Shown in pieces: positions 1 to 14,425 of a stretch of 64,000 bases of DNA. The notes beneath the pieces were generated by a model, which made no database searches, was not told the origin of the DNA, and saw only the letters and a program-made list of their open reading frames with translations. How positions within the stretch are numbered: position 1 is the first letter of the stretch; the number at the start of each line of letters is the position of its first letter. The stretch lies in the NCBI GenBank assembly GCA_965113315.1, contig OZ220373.1; one strand, 5' to 3'. Source of the DNA: Podarcis vaucheri. Lineage: Eukaryota. A program made the translations under genes and the position numbers.

Positions 1-477
1 GCCTAGAATGGAGTCCAAAGTTGAGATTCTACAATTGTTACAAGATAGCAATGAAGAAGCAGAAGCTGCTGGGCCAAATCCTGCCCTTAGAGAGTGTTGC
101 CTGGCCCCTTAGTTGCCAACCTAGAGGAAATGTCTCTGACACAACAGAACTTGCTAGCACACCTCTTTAGGGAATAGGGGCTGAAGGAATAACAGCTCTC
201 TTAATTCCTTAGACTGGCCCTTCAGAAATATTGATTGCTGACTAGGGTTTTAAAGAGGCTTTGAAATAAACGGCAAAGTGAAGGATTTTTAACAAATCTC
301 AAAGATTTAACCGAGTCCTATTGCCTTGGGATTGTATGAGAAATAACAACTGTAGCCAACTACTGTTTTTTTTCGTGGACAAATGCAGTTCAGGCACTGA
401 AGGCAATTATCTGTTTTCATTCTTGGGTGGAGTTAATGTAAGAGTTATAATGATTTCATCTGGATCTATCATGTAAT

Positions 478-511
478 GAGAGAGAGAGAGAGAGAGGGAG
501 AGAGAGGGAGA
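478..511. repeat. (GA)n microsatellite, interrupted
   Basis: gagagagagagagagagagggagagagagggaga. Confidence 0.9.
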
Positions 512-1829
512 AGGCACACATATTACCATGACAATGGAGCAGATCTTTCCTGGCCAGTATAAAGAGGTTAATATATTTTGAAAGATCTCCACCAAATTAA
601 AAAATCCCTACTAACCCATGTCCAAAATTTGGGAATAAGCAACTGAGAATGTCACTTCTGGACATTATAGAACTCTACAGTTCTATGATGCTATGATTTC
701 TAGCTGTCATATGCAAGAACAATTTACACTGGATTTCCACCAAAGAAAAGTTCAGGGTTTTTTCCATATATATTTTTAAAACACACAGACAAATGGACTG
801 TAGCTTCTGAGTAAATGAGAAAGGGAGACCTCTTGCACTTTAAGAGCTACCAAATTGATTGTGGCAAGAAGCAGCATGGAGAACTGGCAAGTTTGTATGA
901 AGAAACAGCTGTATAATGTTAGGCTAAAATGAATAAGCACATTTTAAGAGATGTAGTATTGGGACAAATCCATGCTCCACTGATGTCCAAGACCATGGAT
1001 GAATACTGAGCACAGGTAAGCATTTGCTCTGGCCAGAATTTGGTATGCCTGACTTCTACTGAATCATAAGACTATAGAACCCTTAGCCAAATAATGTTCA
1101 AAAGGACAAATGTGTGTGAGAGAGAAAGAGAAAGAGAGAGTGAGAGCACGGGGCAGTGGCTTTTGAATATTCGGGTTGAGAAAGCTGTCTGTTGATTACT
1201 GTCTATTGCAGCTGGAATGCAGTGCCACCCCAAACAATGCTTTGAACAGGAGCAAAAATCAAATTTCTCTCTGTGTGGCACAGGATAGAAAAGAGAGACA
1301 ATGAACTGAAAAGCAATTTTTTTAAAAAAATCAAACATTCCTCATCCTCAGCATGTACACACACACGCAACCTCAATCATTTGTCCTGTACTTATTATGA
1401 ACAAATGAGGTAGAAAGGGGAAAGTATTAGTTAGTACAACAATGGAGAAAGATAGGAGACTCACTGAGACATTTTCAAGTGGCATTTCCCTCCCCTGAAC
1501 CACGTGGTGAGAATATGTAGCCAAGAAGCCACAGAATGAGAGAGGAAGACCTTATTCAGCTACTGGTTCAAAGCACAAATGTGAATATTCTGTGAAGCAC
1601 TGATTGCTCTGTTTCTATGCAATTTGAGTGCGGTCCAGAAGGTCGGCCTGGGCATTGTCAAGCTGCTTGTAGCAGACCTTGAGGGCTTCCAGACGTTAAG
1701 AGCCCAATTTATTCCTGGTGAAATTCCAGTGATGGCAACAGAATTATGGCAAGGCCAGCTGGTGTAAAAGGATTCATTCAATCCCACTCTGGTTTCGTAA
1801 CCCTTCTTCGTCTATGTGCAAATATAGCA

Positions 1830-1985
1830 AGCTGCTTTATGCAACATCAGACCAGTGGTCCATCCAGACTAGAATTAGCTACTCAGACTGGCAGCAGCTT
1901 TCCAGGCCCTCCTACCCAATAACATTTTGCTGATGATGATGCTGGGACTTCCTGCATGTCAAGTGTCTGCTCTATGACTGAGCAC
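1830..1985 (-). mobile_element. Degenerate tRNA-derived squamate SINE (Squam3-like)
   Basis: Similar to the copies at ~17909-18068 and ~25989-26173 (cagacc..ggtccatc..gactggcagcagctttccagg..tgctctatgactgagc); boundaries approximate. Confidence 0.55.
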
Positions 1986-2557
1986 TTCTCTGATTATTAT
2001 TCTATGGTTCTTCCTCTTTCTTCTACCTCATTCTCAGGTAAACATGTCCTTGCAGGGATCAGAAGTATCCTAAGACATCCTTCTGACTTATTTGCAATGT
2101 CCAAGCTAGAATCAAAACTATGGAATCAGTTCCCTTCTGAATTAATGCAAGGGTCAACAGTAACATTGTTCAAGTGCTTGCTAAAAACATCACTGATTTT
2201 CTCAACAGTACCAGTTGGCTGTGTTTCTTAATTTTAAGTGCACATTCATAGGATGACACTGAAGTCTTCCCAGTAAGGTTCATAGAACAACTGTTTTGTA
2301 TATTCTTTGTGTTCGCTGACCAAAACCCTGCATTATAAATAGGTTCAGTTTCAGTAACCTACCAATGAACCAAAGGAATGAACCAAATTCTGTTCTTGTT
2401 GTTTTCTCATTTTCAGCTTTTTAATGACATTGTACACATATGGAGAGTTCTAGTGATGAAGGAGCAGCACACTTTGATGCTCTCTAATGGTTCCTTATTT
2501 CTGGCCTCCATCTAGGTTGCCATGCCCTCAACAGGAAACAATGCCTCTCCCTTTAAA

Positions 2558-2704
2558 CAAGGAATGGGGAACCTGTTGACCTCCAGATGTTGCTGGCCTA
2601 TAACTCACCTAATCATCCCTGACCATTGGATTGGCCATTCTGACTGTGGCTGATGGGAGCTGAAGCACCGCAACATCTGGAGAACCACTGACTCCCCATC
2701 CCTG
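2558..2704. mobile_element. Old copy of the short palindromic hAT-like MITE (ccagatgtt...aacatctgg family)
   Basis: Ends caaggaatggggaacc...actccccatccctg; core shared with copies at ~21950, 26815, 29124, 35175, 41378, 44110, 46036, 58070 and 61966. Confidence 0.7.
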
Positions 2705-4009
2705 AAAGCTCTGGGTGTGAGGCATCAGCCACTGTGCTTCCTACCCAGATTCTCCACCAGTTCTATTGCCTGGCCTGCAACTGTTATGGACAGCGGGCTA
2801 GAGGACGAGGCGATGAGTGAAAGGGCAGGTGCAGGATTGGAGTGCGAGGTAAAACAACTGGAACTTTGCACAGAGGCTTGGTATATTTAATGGAACTACC
2901 CCAGGCAAGAATCTGACAGCCCTGCAGCTTCAACCTGCCCTCTTTTCTTCCACGATCTCCAAAACATTTCCTTGCTTTATGGTAACCTGAATGCTAGATC
3001 CAGAGCAAAATAAACTAAAATTGACAAGGTGCGAATAATTTAATCTGACGGCAGAATTGCTGTGGAATCAAGAGAAACGTATGCACGCTTAACTTCTATT
3101 GCCATCATTGGGATCCGAGCAGCAAGATTTCAATTTGGGCAGGAAAACTTTCTCCAGATTGTGGTTTCTTGGCACACCCACTGGCTACCTCCCTGAATGT
3201 GGATTTTCTACTTGCCTAGAGTACACATGGCTCTGTACACGGCTACATCTGTACAAGCAGGCATAAAAACCTCATTCACATTAAACTGTTAAGTATACAT
3301 ATTTGATAGATGAGATCATCCCCTCCCACCCCCCACCCAGTAAACACGGAAAGAAAAGTTGATGTATTCTCACTGTAATCAGACACCCATCGACACAGAA
3401 AACTGTTTTGGTGTCTTTGAATCGTAATCTCCCCGTGAAATATCAATTATACCTGACAGGCTCAGAGTGTTAAATTCCAGTTTCAATTACCCTGCCAGTA
3501 TCTGTCATATCAAAGGAAGGCAAAATGTATTTGCTCTAACGTGGAAAAAAACACACCATTTAGCCCTAAAAGCGCATCTTTAAAAGTGGTAAGAAACACT
3601 CATCCAAATGTTAACTTTTATTGCACACAGATGGGCACTCTGAAGTTTTTGAATTGTGGGCAGCAGATAAAAGCTGCAAAAAATTAAAACAATGGAGGAA
3701 GGTTTCTTATGAAGTTATGAGAAGTATACCCTGCTGCTGCTTACAGTTAACTCTTTTCATACTGAGGGGCAGAACTTCAAAAGTTTTCTTACTTTTGAGG
3801 TATAATTACTTTAAAGAAAATTGAAACCAGTTCTCAAAAGAAAGCAAATGGGAGAAATTGGTGTATCTTCACAGCTTTGGAATTCTCAACGAGAAACATG
3901 AGGCAAAAAAAAAGAGGGGGGTGCACATTGCACCTTTGTTTTTGTTTGTTTTTTAAACTGTCTTAACACTGCAATCCTAACCAGAAGCAAGTGCTGGTTT
4001 ACTCCCAGG

Positions 4010-4411
4010 TAAGGATAACAATATCTGTAAATTTCGGTTTCTCTCAATGGCTCATATATTTACCAATTTTAATTCAGTCCTCCACATTTCCACATCAGTT
4101 TGTGGCTGTTGTTTTCAACAACTGCAATGTCCTCGTGAAAATTCACGAATTTCTCCTAATACACACGTTTTTGCAAACCAATTCCCCCTAAAACAGTGGT
4201 ATTTTGTATGTTATTTTCACTAGCATGTACATTTCATCAGCCGCTGCCCTAGCTTATGCATTTTTGTACACATTACTTGGCTGGAGAACTTCACTGCAAA
4301 ATTCAGAGAACTGCGAATTTTAAAAGATTGGTGTGTTTTGGTTCAGGAAGTGAGAATTAAGTAGGATTGCCTATAAAATTCAAACTGAAATTAATTTCTC
4401 CCACATCCCTA
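4010..4411. mobile_element. Non-autonomous hAT-like element (TAGGGAT-type termini)
   Basis: Ends taaggat...cacatcccta; flanked by an 8-bp TSD ctcccagg (4002-4009) / cacccagg (4412-4419), 7/8 match. Confidence 0.6.
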
Positions 4412-7400
4412 CACCCAGGTAAATTGCAGCCTAAATCTCATCAGATCAATGGATAACCAAATCTCTCACTACTGAATGCCACACAACACCTTGACCTGAA
4501 TCAAAATTCTGTTACACTTTTTAGTAATCTAGAATTCAGAGTGGGTCTCGTACATTCATAACCATGTGAACAGATTGCCAATATTGTTTTGATGTATAGC
4601 ATAGCCTTGGTGTGTTCAAGGTGGGCATCATAATTATAAATGAAATAAAGGGCTGTCAACGGCCACTAGCTATGACGACTCTGTTCTACCTCCACTGTCA
4701 GAGGCAGTGTGCCTCTGAATGACATTTGCTAGGAATCACAAGTGAACTGAGTGCAGTTTGGCTCCCTATAGGGATCTGAATGGCTACTGTGAGAACAGGA
4801 TGCTAAACTAGATGGGCAACTGGGCTGATCTAGTCCCCTCTCCCCACCCAAGCAACTTGCTTAAAAATTGAAAAACTGCTCCACTAGTTGGTCCTCAGAA
4901 AATGCATTATTTCACTAAGTTTTTAAATATGTTTTGGTCTAGGTTAATAGTGAAAATGTGTGAAACAGTTAAAAGATTGATTGTCGCAGGACTGGAAAAG
5001 ATTTTTTGCCTGAACTATTGGGCAGCCACTACCAATCAGGGGACGCATTACTGAGCCAGATAGATCAGTGGTCTGACAGTATAAAGGAGCGTCCTCTATA
5101 CTGTATGCTATAACTGAAGTGAGACACTTTGGAAAACCAATCCTGGTCAGCCTCCTTTTCGTAAGAAAAACTGGGCACCTGCAATCAATGAAGATAGAGC
5201 TTGTCAAGCAAATAAAGCTGTGTTGCCAAAGCCGTTACTGACTAATGCACGTTTGGAAGAATACAGCCAACCAAATAAAACAATGGCAGGTCCTTATGCA
5301 CACCCTATTTAATATGTTTTAAATGATGACCATTTTAAAAAAGAATCCAATTAGAAGTGTTAACGAAAAAGGCAAGGAAAGATGATGGCAAGCAGTCCAC
5401 AAGGTGATGTGTGTTAACATGAGCCCAACACTGTCAAAACGTATAAGCTGGATGGAAAGCAGGTTTGTGCACAGCTCTTATAAACTTCCATGGCTAAGGA
5501 AAAAGGGAATGACGAAGGACACTTCCAACAGAATCGGGTTCTCACACTGTGTGTGCATGTTATTGGTCCGAATTATTCACTCTTATTTAACTGTGCTCAA
5601 AGTCTTTCATCTCCATGCTATACAATAATAGTTTCCATATGACTGGTGGCTTAGCTATAAATAAGATCAAAAGCAAAAGAAAGGATTTCATAGTAACCCC
5701 GGGGGGGGGGGGAGAGGGAGAGAATCAGTATGAGCAGCATTAAATCAAGAAAAAATAGCAAAGTTTAACAGTTTTCTTTTTAATACAGAAAAGTACCACA
5801 GAGTAATAAGCAGCTTTCCAAACAGCTTATGAAAAAGGCATTCTGCAAGTGGTCGTCATGTGCAAAATCCATTTAAACGTAACCAAAAGTGGCAAAGCAG
5901 AAGTTTGGCTTTCAAGAGAGAGCGAGAGCGAAAGAGAGAGAGGTACAGTGCCACGTCTTAAGTAGAGGGAGCAACCAGCTATAAACAAGGGGAGGGGGAG
6001 CTATTTTCATGTTTCTGCATATTGTAAGAGAAGACAATATGGCAGCACTCCACACATTTTTCTATGCTCTTCCTGTTCTGTTCTTTTTTAAAAAACAGGG
6101 GTGGTGGGGTTGGATAATCTAGTATTATCATCATTATTATTGAAAGAATTGCGACATTGCTCAACTCGGGCCCATGAGCTCCGCACAAAAGGAAGTTTTA
6201 TTTGGCTTCACATGTCCACTCAATGGGAAGAGCCAACTTCTCAAACTAATTTTCTTCTAGAGATGCAAAAACAACAATGCTAAGCTCCATCCCCTACTGG
6301 ACAAACAGATGTTAATAATCCACAGGAGGGGATGCAGTTCCTTTGTGCCTATAGACAGCTAACACATGCACTTTTGCAGCGTTTTAATACATCTGAGGAC
6401 ATTTCTTGCCCTTTGGGAGGCTATCTTATGGGGACTTCTGCCTCTTTCTCCCGCCGCAGTCACACACTTACTCCTCTCTCTAAGCACCTAAATTGGCTGA
6501 TTTGGCATTCTTTGTTTAACCCACAAGGTGGAAAGGAGACCGCGGTGCTTTAAAATGTGAATCGAGCAAAGCATGGGGAGCAGCGATCTCCGCTGCCAAT
6601 GAAATAAAGTCAGCAATGATTTCCTTCCTACGGAGATGATTATTCATTTTACATACTGGCTGAATTTGGAGGCGCTCAAGATCCAAAAGCTACGGGATTA
6701 GGAATATTAGCGTTTAGCTGTACGTAATGGCCCTGCCAGCACAACCCACAGAGTCAAAATAAACAGTGAAATGGGGTAGGCTGGATGCCTTATTCTTAAG
6801 GAAGAGAAGAATATCTTTCAAGAGACACATGCAGCTAGCCCAGTCTCTCCCTTTTTCTTCCCCACTTGCTTCTAAGCACCTGTTGAATGGTGACCTCAAC
6901 TCTACACCTCAAGATTCAGACGTTTTACAAAACAGCTTTTTAAACAAAAGACAGCTGTTTCTCATCTACGCTACAGGGGAAATAGAAATCAGGGCAGCGC
7001 TGGAGAAATGTTACCCAGAGACTTCCTATTCTCCAATAACTTTCACACACCCAGCTGCACAATGGAGCCATCCATGTGTGGAAAAGCAGGGAACACAGGC
7101 TAATGCTAAATTAAAACGTGGAAACCAAATACTACTGTTTTAACAATACACCTAATTAGTTAGTTTCAAATGAATGAAGCCATTGTATTAGGTTTTTGGG
7201 TTTTTTTAAGTGTCATTTTATATAATGTCTGGATCCCCTGCTATCACTGTTATACTAAACATCAACACTATAGTGCAAAAAATGATTTTAAGTGTGTGAT
7301 ATAATTATACAGAATTTGTAATGCTTACAAAATTAGATAGGTCTCAAACATTATATAAAATGATTGGCTGCAGCCCCTTTTTAAATGATTCAACAAGATG

Positions 7401-10400
7401 TTTTATTGTTTGTGAAAGAAAACCTTATTTACAATTAAAAAAAAGCAATGTCACAATACCTTTTTGCATTATTGTGATAATGCTAAATGTGACAAGAGTT
7501 AAGCAATGTATTCCTTTTACTTAGTAAACAAGGCACAGCCTTTAAGATGATTTTAAGTTGTTCCCCTCTTTTGATACAAATGCCATAAAACAACTGCTAC
7601 TTTATTTCCTAAGGGCGGAAAATTCCATGAGTTAATCTAATTTGGATGTTTAAAAACACACGGACAAGCATGTGGTCTTCCTGTGTGCGATCATGTGAAG
7701 CAAACAGGCAAATTGACAGCAGTATCCCTCAAACATAGCAGGCTGGATCCAAACGTGCCTTTTCATGAATGAAATGCACCCTTTTGTTTGTGGAAGGGGC
7801 TTGAATGCAGTGGAATGGAAAGTTAGGGGTAAGGGATTCCTCCCCCCTTTTTGCTGGTTTTCCCTTCTCCCTTGCAGTGCCTCCTATGCTGTTTACGAAA
7901 GTTCCACAGCCCACCAGCACAGATTTTTAAGGATGCAGGGAGAAGATGCAAGCGCAATCTTGGAACTCCACTCGCAGAATTTTCAATCAACATAATAAGC
8001 TGTTTTGCACATAAAACTATGGCTTACTGCAAATGTACAGGTTCCTCCTCTGGTCCTGCTGCTGCTGTGCTGCCATCAGGAAAGCCATGGTTTGGCTTAG
8101 TGTGTTGTCTGAACCTGGGCTTGTGGTTTGTCATTCTCCAAGCCATCAGTAGTTGCCAGGACTTGTTCTAAGGCTTACAGCTTGTGGTTTGTCCAGAGGA
8201 GGCCAACAAAGAATCTGAGTTTGGACAACATGCCAAGCCAAACCATGGAAGGATCAGGCTCACAGGAGAAACAAAGCAGCTGTGATCCATTTGTGCTAAT
8301 CCCGAGACTCGTTTAGTGTTATGTGACTTAGTTCACAGCAGGAGGACTGGGGAAGGAGTGTGGTGGCTGCAATCTCATCCCTGGGAAGCCCTCAGATTTG
8401 TGTGTTATAGCATGAAGCCATGGTTTGGCTCAGTGTTATGTGCAAACCAGCTCTCTGCTTCTGCAACTCAACATTCGTTGCACGGGCATGAAAAACATTT
8501 ACCTCACAATTCCACTGCTAGTGTTATCATACAAATGCCATTTTGCCAAACCCTCTTTAAACATCTCTAAACAAAATCGTCCAATATTCGTACAGTGGCA
8601 GGAGCTGTCCGAAGTCAGAATAATGGCTGTCTGTCATGTAAAAAAGGCGTTATCAGCTTGCTAACCACAATATTCTCTTTCTTTAGTAGATTTCCCCCCA
8701 AAATATGCTGTATTTTTCTGGGCCAGCCAATTTTATATTTGGGTGTATTTGAAGCCCTATTTTCACAGCGTATCCTGTGCAATCACAGACAAACATCCAT
8801 GTTGCAGGTAGATCAGTTTTTATGTTACAGAGACTACAAAGCAAAGGCCTGGACAACTTGGGTGCACCTAAATTATTTCAATGACTGAAGCCTCTCAGAA
8901 CACCTTATCTCAAATCCTGTGATAGTGTCTTTCAAAAGTCCTCACCTCTTGTATCTGATGACAGGGAACTGTTCTGATTCCCACTGGAGAGAGAACTTGC
9001 CCAGCAGAGGGCAAGATAGCATTTTAAGAATCTTGACATATACGGTTCAAATCTGTTTATCTAGTCCAGTACTGTCTATGGTGGTTGGCAGTGGTCTCCA
9101 GGGTCATAGGCAGAGGGTTTTCATATTGGCCTCCTTTGCACAACACAGTAAGCCCTAGTTAATGGTTCACTGTATACACACTGATCTTGTGAGCTATGCT
9201 CCTCTCTGCTTCTACCCTGGAGTGGGAGGAAAACACAATGCCTAGTTCAGACATAATCTGAGCCAGGGATGATGGTTTGTTGCTCCTACACAGAAGTGGA
9301 GATGAGAAAATCTGGCTATCCCATTTTGTGTTGCACACTGGAGAAGACAGAATCCTGTCCTGGAAGCCCAGCTGTTATAGGCCAGAATTAAGAAGCTAAA
9401 AGAGTCGTGCTTTTGGGGACTAGTGGGCTGCTTTCTTTCAGGAGGGAAAACAGACCAACTTATATGAATGAGTCTTTGGCCTGTAACTCCTGTAGTCTTT
9501 TTGAATGGCCTTATGTTAGTTAAAGTTTGTTGAAACAGTAAAAATCCACCATCTAATGATCTCTTTGGAATCCCACGCCTGACTCCACTACCAAGGTTAA
9601 AGGAATATCTATACATGTCTAGCTGATGGCTGTAGTACAAGCTATCATTTATTCTGATGAATGGAAGTTTTCACTTGAGATTTTTAAATAGATGCTGGTT
9701 GGCCATCTGCCAGGAGTTCTTTACCTATGGTTCCTGCATTGCAGGGTCTTGGACCAGATGACCTTTCGTGGTCCTCCACAATTCTATGAATGCACTGCAA
9801 TCAATGTACATGGGACTGCTTTTAGAAATTCATAAACAGAAAAGGAGGAAGGCAGGTCTCTAATCCAGAGAGCTCAGAAATCTAAATTTGGACTGTGGGA
9901 GCGACAACACAGGCAAGAGAGAAATGGAAGACCAAGGGACGAATGTAAGGAAATGCAAAGATTGCAAATGGTAACCTTGATTACTACGGCCGAAGGGGAG
10001 GATTTAAGAGGCTAAGGCAAAAGCTTCGTGGAAAAGGTGAGTTCCAAAGATGAATCAGCAGCTGCAGGAGAGAAGCAGCACTGCACACATGCCCTTCTTT
10101 TTATTAATATTATAAGCTGTTGTGGTTTTTCTTCCCATGAGCAGCAGAATTCATATAGGAGTGTGTGCTGGTGATTTGATAAGAAAAGACTTCTGGAAAC
10201 TAACTTGCGTTCTGGACCATGTCTCAGATTACTTTAAATGTACCCCCTTCCCCACATCCCCCACCCCCCAAAAGGTACAAAGCTGACAAAGGAAGGTGTA
10301 CAGTGGGCAGAGCAGCTCCCAGCAGCACATTCTGAACAAGTTTCCGGTCCATACCTCCCACTGCTACTTTATTTACTGCAGCTGGCCAAAGTTTTATAGC

Positions 10401-13400
10401 CTGTTTCATGTATTAAAATTCAAATGTGGAAAACATTACCAGTGTCCTCCTTGATTTTTTTTTTTATTTCTCTCCCCCCCCCCTCAACTTCCTTTTCAGT
10501 GTGGAATGTATCAAATGGTCAAAGGCTAACTTAAGACTGACTCTACTCAAAAACTATTTCCTTTGTTCTTGGTGTTTTTACTTCAAAATTTAGACCAGTT
10601 TTCCAGAAAGAAAATAGCAGCCCTGATGCTTTCTCACAAGCAACAGTTCCAGACAGTGAATAATGCTGTCTACGAACTACCAGAAACTGGGGTTCTCTGC
10701 CCCCTCCTGCAAGAGGAAACAAAGAGTGGCATTTGCAAAGCCTTCACTAGCTTGTCTTTGGCAGAGGTTTTTCTGGTTTTTGGTCATGTTTCCAAAAGAA
10801 ATTGCCTGCCCGTCACTGGTGTTACTGTGTTAACTGTACTTTGTGCCTGAGGTTCATTTATTATTTTATAAATTTCGCATAAGCAAACAGGAACTTGAGA
10901 TCAGCGGCAAAATCAACACACGAGTTTCATACTTTACATGCTGCATAATCACCATTTGATAAAGAAAGCAAACAAACCAGAGGACAAATACCTGCTCTTT
11001 CATTGCAGGAAGCCAAATTCAAGGGTCAGATATTTCCATCAAGAACTATATGCCGAGCTGACATTTCTGGCCGCCCTCCCCCCGCCCCCAAATCTTTCCT
11101 TAGCTACATCTGGCATATAAGAGAGAAGTACATATTTATGGAACAACTCTCTCTGAAGTGATGCCCTGGGTGCATGTTGCATCAGTTTAACATATGCAAT
11201 GCAAAAAAGGAGAGAGAGAAAGAAAAGCTACCCAAGAAGTGGGGGGGGGGGGAGAGAGATGGAACCTCTCCTCTCTCTCTTGATTGAGAGCAGATATACA
11301 GGAATAGTTGCAAGTCACAGATCTGGCTTTTAATAGAGCCAGATTTCTTCATTAAAAGCAGTATTGTTTAAACACGATGCGGTATGTGTTTGTGCATGGA
11401 ATCACTTCGTACAAACCCAAATCTTAAGATCCTATGTATCCCAGGGGAACCTAATACATCACCAGAGGGCAATCTAAATTACAAACCAGAATTTCCTTTT
11501 TTGTGTGTGAATTCTCAGCAACTACGATGCAGAAACAAAATAGTGCCTGGTTCATGATATTTTTTATTGGGGAAAGTCAGGAATGAGGATGCTGAAAAAG
11601 CATCTTTCCAGCTTCCTGGTCTAGTGGGTAGACTATTTCAAGCAAGCATTTATGTAGTTGTCTATAAATTCCTATGGTCTACTTCTAGCCTTTAATAATA
11701 CAGTGCTCAAAACACCATTGCTTTTAACTTTACTTTTAAGAGGCAATGTCTGCAGAGTTCCTTTGTTTAAATGGTCCTTCTCTCCGCATTTTTAATGACA
11801 AACAAAACTCAGTGGTAATAACTGCCATAAATCCACTGCCTTTCATCTTGATTTGAATTAGGAGGCTGGCTACATACAGCAACACTGATTTGTAAGCATT
11901 AAACCTGGGCAAAGAGTAAGTATTTAGCCAAGAGCAGCTGGTCCAAATCACATGTTTTTAAAGGGAGAACTGGAATAATGAGTTCTGAATGTAGCCCATT
12001 GCTGTTCTGTTAATGCACCATAATTCCTTGCAGAGAGTTAGTCCTGACATTTTTCAGTGCTGCCCCTAAACTGCTAAGATGCTACTTCATAACCCAATAT
12101 ATGCTTCCCCTGCCTTTCTTTTTGGTGCATATAATCTGGACATGGACTTCTGGCCAGAGTGATAGATCAAACTGGTCCCTATTGTAGGATCTTCTGGGCT
12201 GGCTTCCCATTTTGGCAACACTCGTTTAGAACTCTCAGCAGACATGTCAAGTGAAACACATGCAAATTCTCTGGGACTGAGTACAGGAGTAAGTGCACAA
12301 GAGATTGCAAACCATTCCATTGGACATTTTATGTTAGTTATTTCAGAGCTGTAGAGTTTTACAATGATGTTTGCATGTGTCTTATTATTCATCATAGAGG
12401 AACAGAAATTTAACCATGACAAGATAACCATAGTCTTCAGAGCTTACTGAATCAGATGCTCCTTGTCTGGAAAATATCAGCAGTGCAGTTTCTACCATGA
12501 AAGCCAGATTAAAATAAATTGTTTAAAGGAAATTGACACATTTGGATCCAAAACACGAAGCTTGGAGAGCTATGATGGAAGAATGGAATCATAGATTTTT
12601 CTGGCTCCTATTAGATATGGCCTCAGGTAGAACTCAGGTCACAATTCACAAATACATAATATTGAAGTAGTTTGCCTAATGGACCTAATTAACTGATGTT
12701 TTTGTTTTCTATCAAATTAAGTCTCCCCTCAATGGGAATGAACTGTGAGCAGTACATTTTTCAGGGGTGAGTACCTAGTTTCTGCAATGAAAAAGCAGGT
12801 GTGCTTTCTTAAGACATTTGTTTGCTTTTATTGTCAAATGGTGATTAAGCAGCACATTAATAATGAATCATTGTGTTGATTTTGCCATGGATCTCAAGTT
12901 CCTCTTTGCCTATATGAAATTCATAAAACATGTATTTATGGGATGAACCAGACGGTAGACTCTACCGCAGTATTTGCTTTCTTGTACATCTTTCAACCAG
13001 ACCCAAAAACCTCACAGGATGTTCCTTGGGTTTCGACATGGGGAACTCTATCAACTACCTTTCAGCTTTTCGCATATGTGCTGCCAAAGCGAGCACAACT
13101 ACCTTTCGGCTTTTGTGCTAAAAGGCAGATTTCCTGCTGTAACTAAATTTTCCACAACATTCTCAGCAGCAGCTACTCGCAACAAATTTATCTTATTCAG
13201 TGTAAAAGTGACCATTCAGTCATTTGGATGGTTTTGACAGATGTGAGATTGCTGGTTTAGTTCATGTCAGTAACTGTAGTGCAATTTTATACCTGATTTT
13301 AATTATACTTGGTTTTATTCCAGTTATGCTGGAGATTGTTTGCCTGTCTCTGACAGTCTGCAAACTCTTTACTGTGCATTGTAATGGTCAATTGGATGAA

Positions 13401-13980
13401 CAATAAACCAGAACTTGACTTGACAAACACCAAAATGAATGGAATTCAACATTGTGCTCCTCTGAATGCTTCATCAGCAAAAGCATTTCATCTTGCCAGA
13501 CAGAATGACCCCTCCTCTCCTGTTCCCATGCTGTTCTAGGGTTTCTCCTGACCCCTCCTCAATCTAATTTCGGGGAGCATGGGGTCGGGGGGTCCCATTG
13601 AAGAAGCTGAAGTTCCTGCATGAAGTTCTGCTGATGGAATTCATTCATTGAATCCCGCTCAATGATATTTGTGAAAGTAGGCACCACCAGTTTAGTCTCA
13701 TCTTATATTTGCTGACTGTCAACATCCAAGTAGTAATTATGATTGCCTGAGCTGAGCTTCTATACATTCAGCCACTGATTATCTTGAATAATAGAATACA
13801 AAGATAACACAAAAAATGGTAACTTTAAAAATTATTCACAATGAAAGTTAATGCAGACATGGGAATATGTAAGAGGAGAAGGATTCCTGAACTGAAGGGA
13901 GTGGAGGAACCAGATTTAGACAGTAGTCCTATAACCATGCACCAGGGAGTAAGCCCCATTGAATTCAAACTACTCTTCAA

Positions 13981-14425
13981 GTGTGCAAAAGAGGGCAACC
14001 AAAGTGATAAAGGGGCTTAGGCAACTTTCTTATGTGGAAAGGTTACAACATTTGGGTTTTTTAGTTTGGGGTGGGCAAGACCAGTAAGGGAAAACATGAC
14101 CGATGTAAAATTTAAGCAGGATATGAAAAAATTAGCCAGGGAAGAGGTTTTCTACCTCACTCATAACACTATAACTGGGGTAACACAATGAAGATCAGGA
14201 CAGAGAAAAGGAAGTTCTTATTCACACAGTGCATATTGGCTGTAAACTTTAAAAGGGGATTGGAAAATTTCATGGAGGATAAGGCAGTATGCCTCTGGAT
14301 GCCAGTTGCTGAGAAACACAAGTGCGGTGAGTACTGTTGTGCTCAGGTCTTCCCCCTGAGTTCCACTCTAGAAAGAGAATGCTGGACTAGACAAGGATTG
14401 GGTCTGACAAGAGCAGAGTTCTTAT
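13981..14425 (+). mobile_element. CR1 LINE 3' fragment, degenerate
   Basis: caaaagagggcaaccaaagtgataaaggggct...aggacagagaaaaggaagttcttattcacacag...tttaaaaggggattggaaaattcatggaggataagg is typical of the CR1 ORF2 end/3' UTR; related remnants at ~4640-4830, 9670-9790, 56550-56715, 58855-58990, 63130-63310. Confidence 0.7.
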
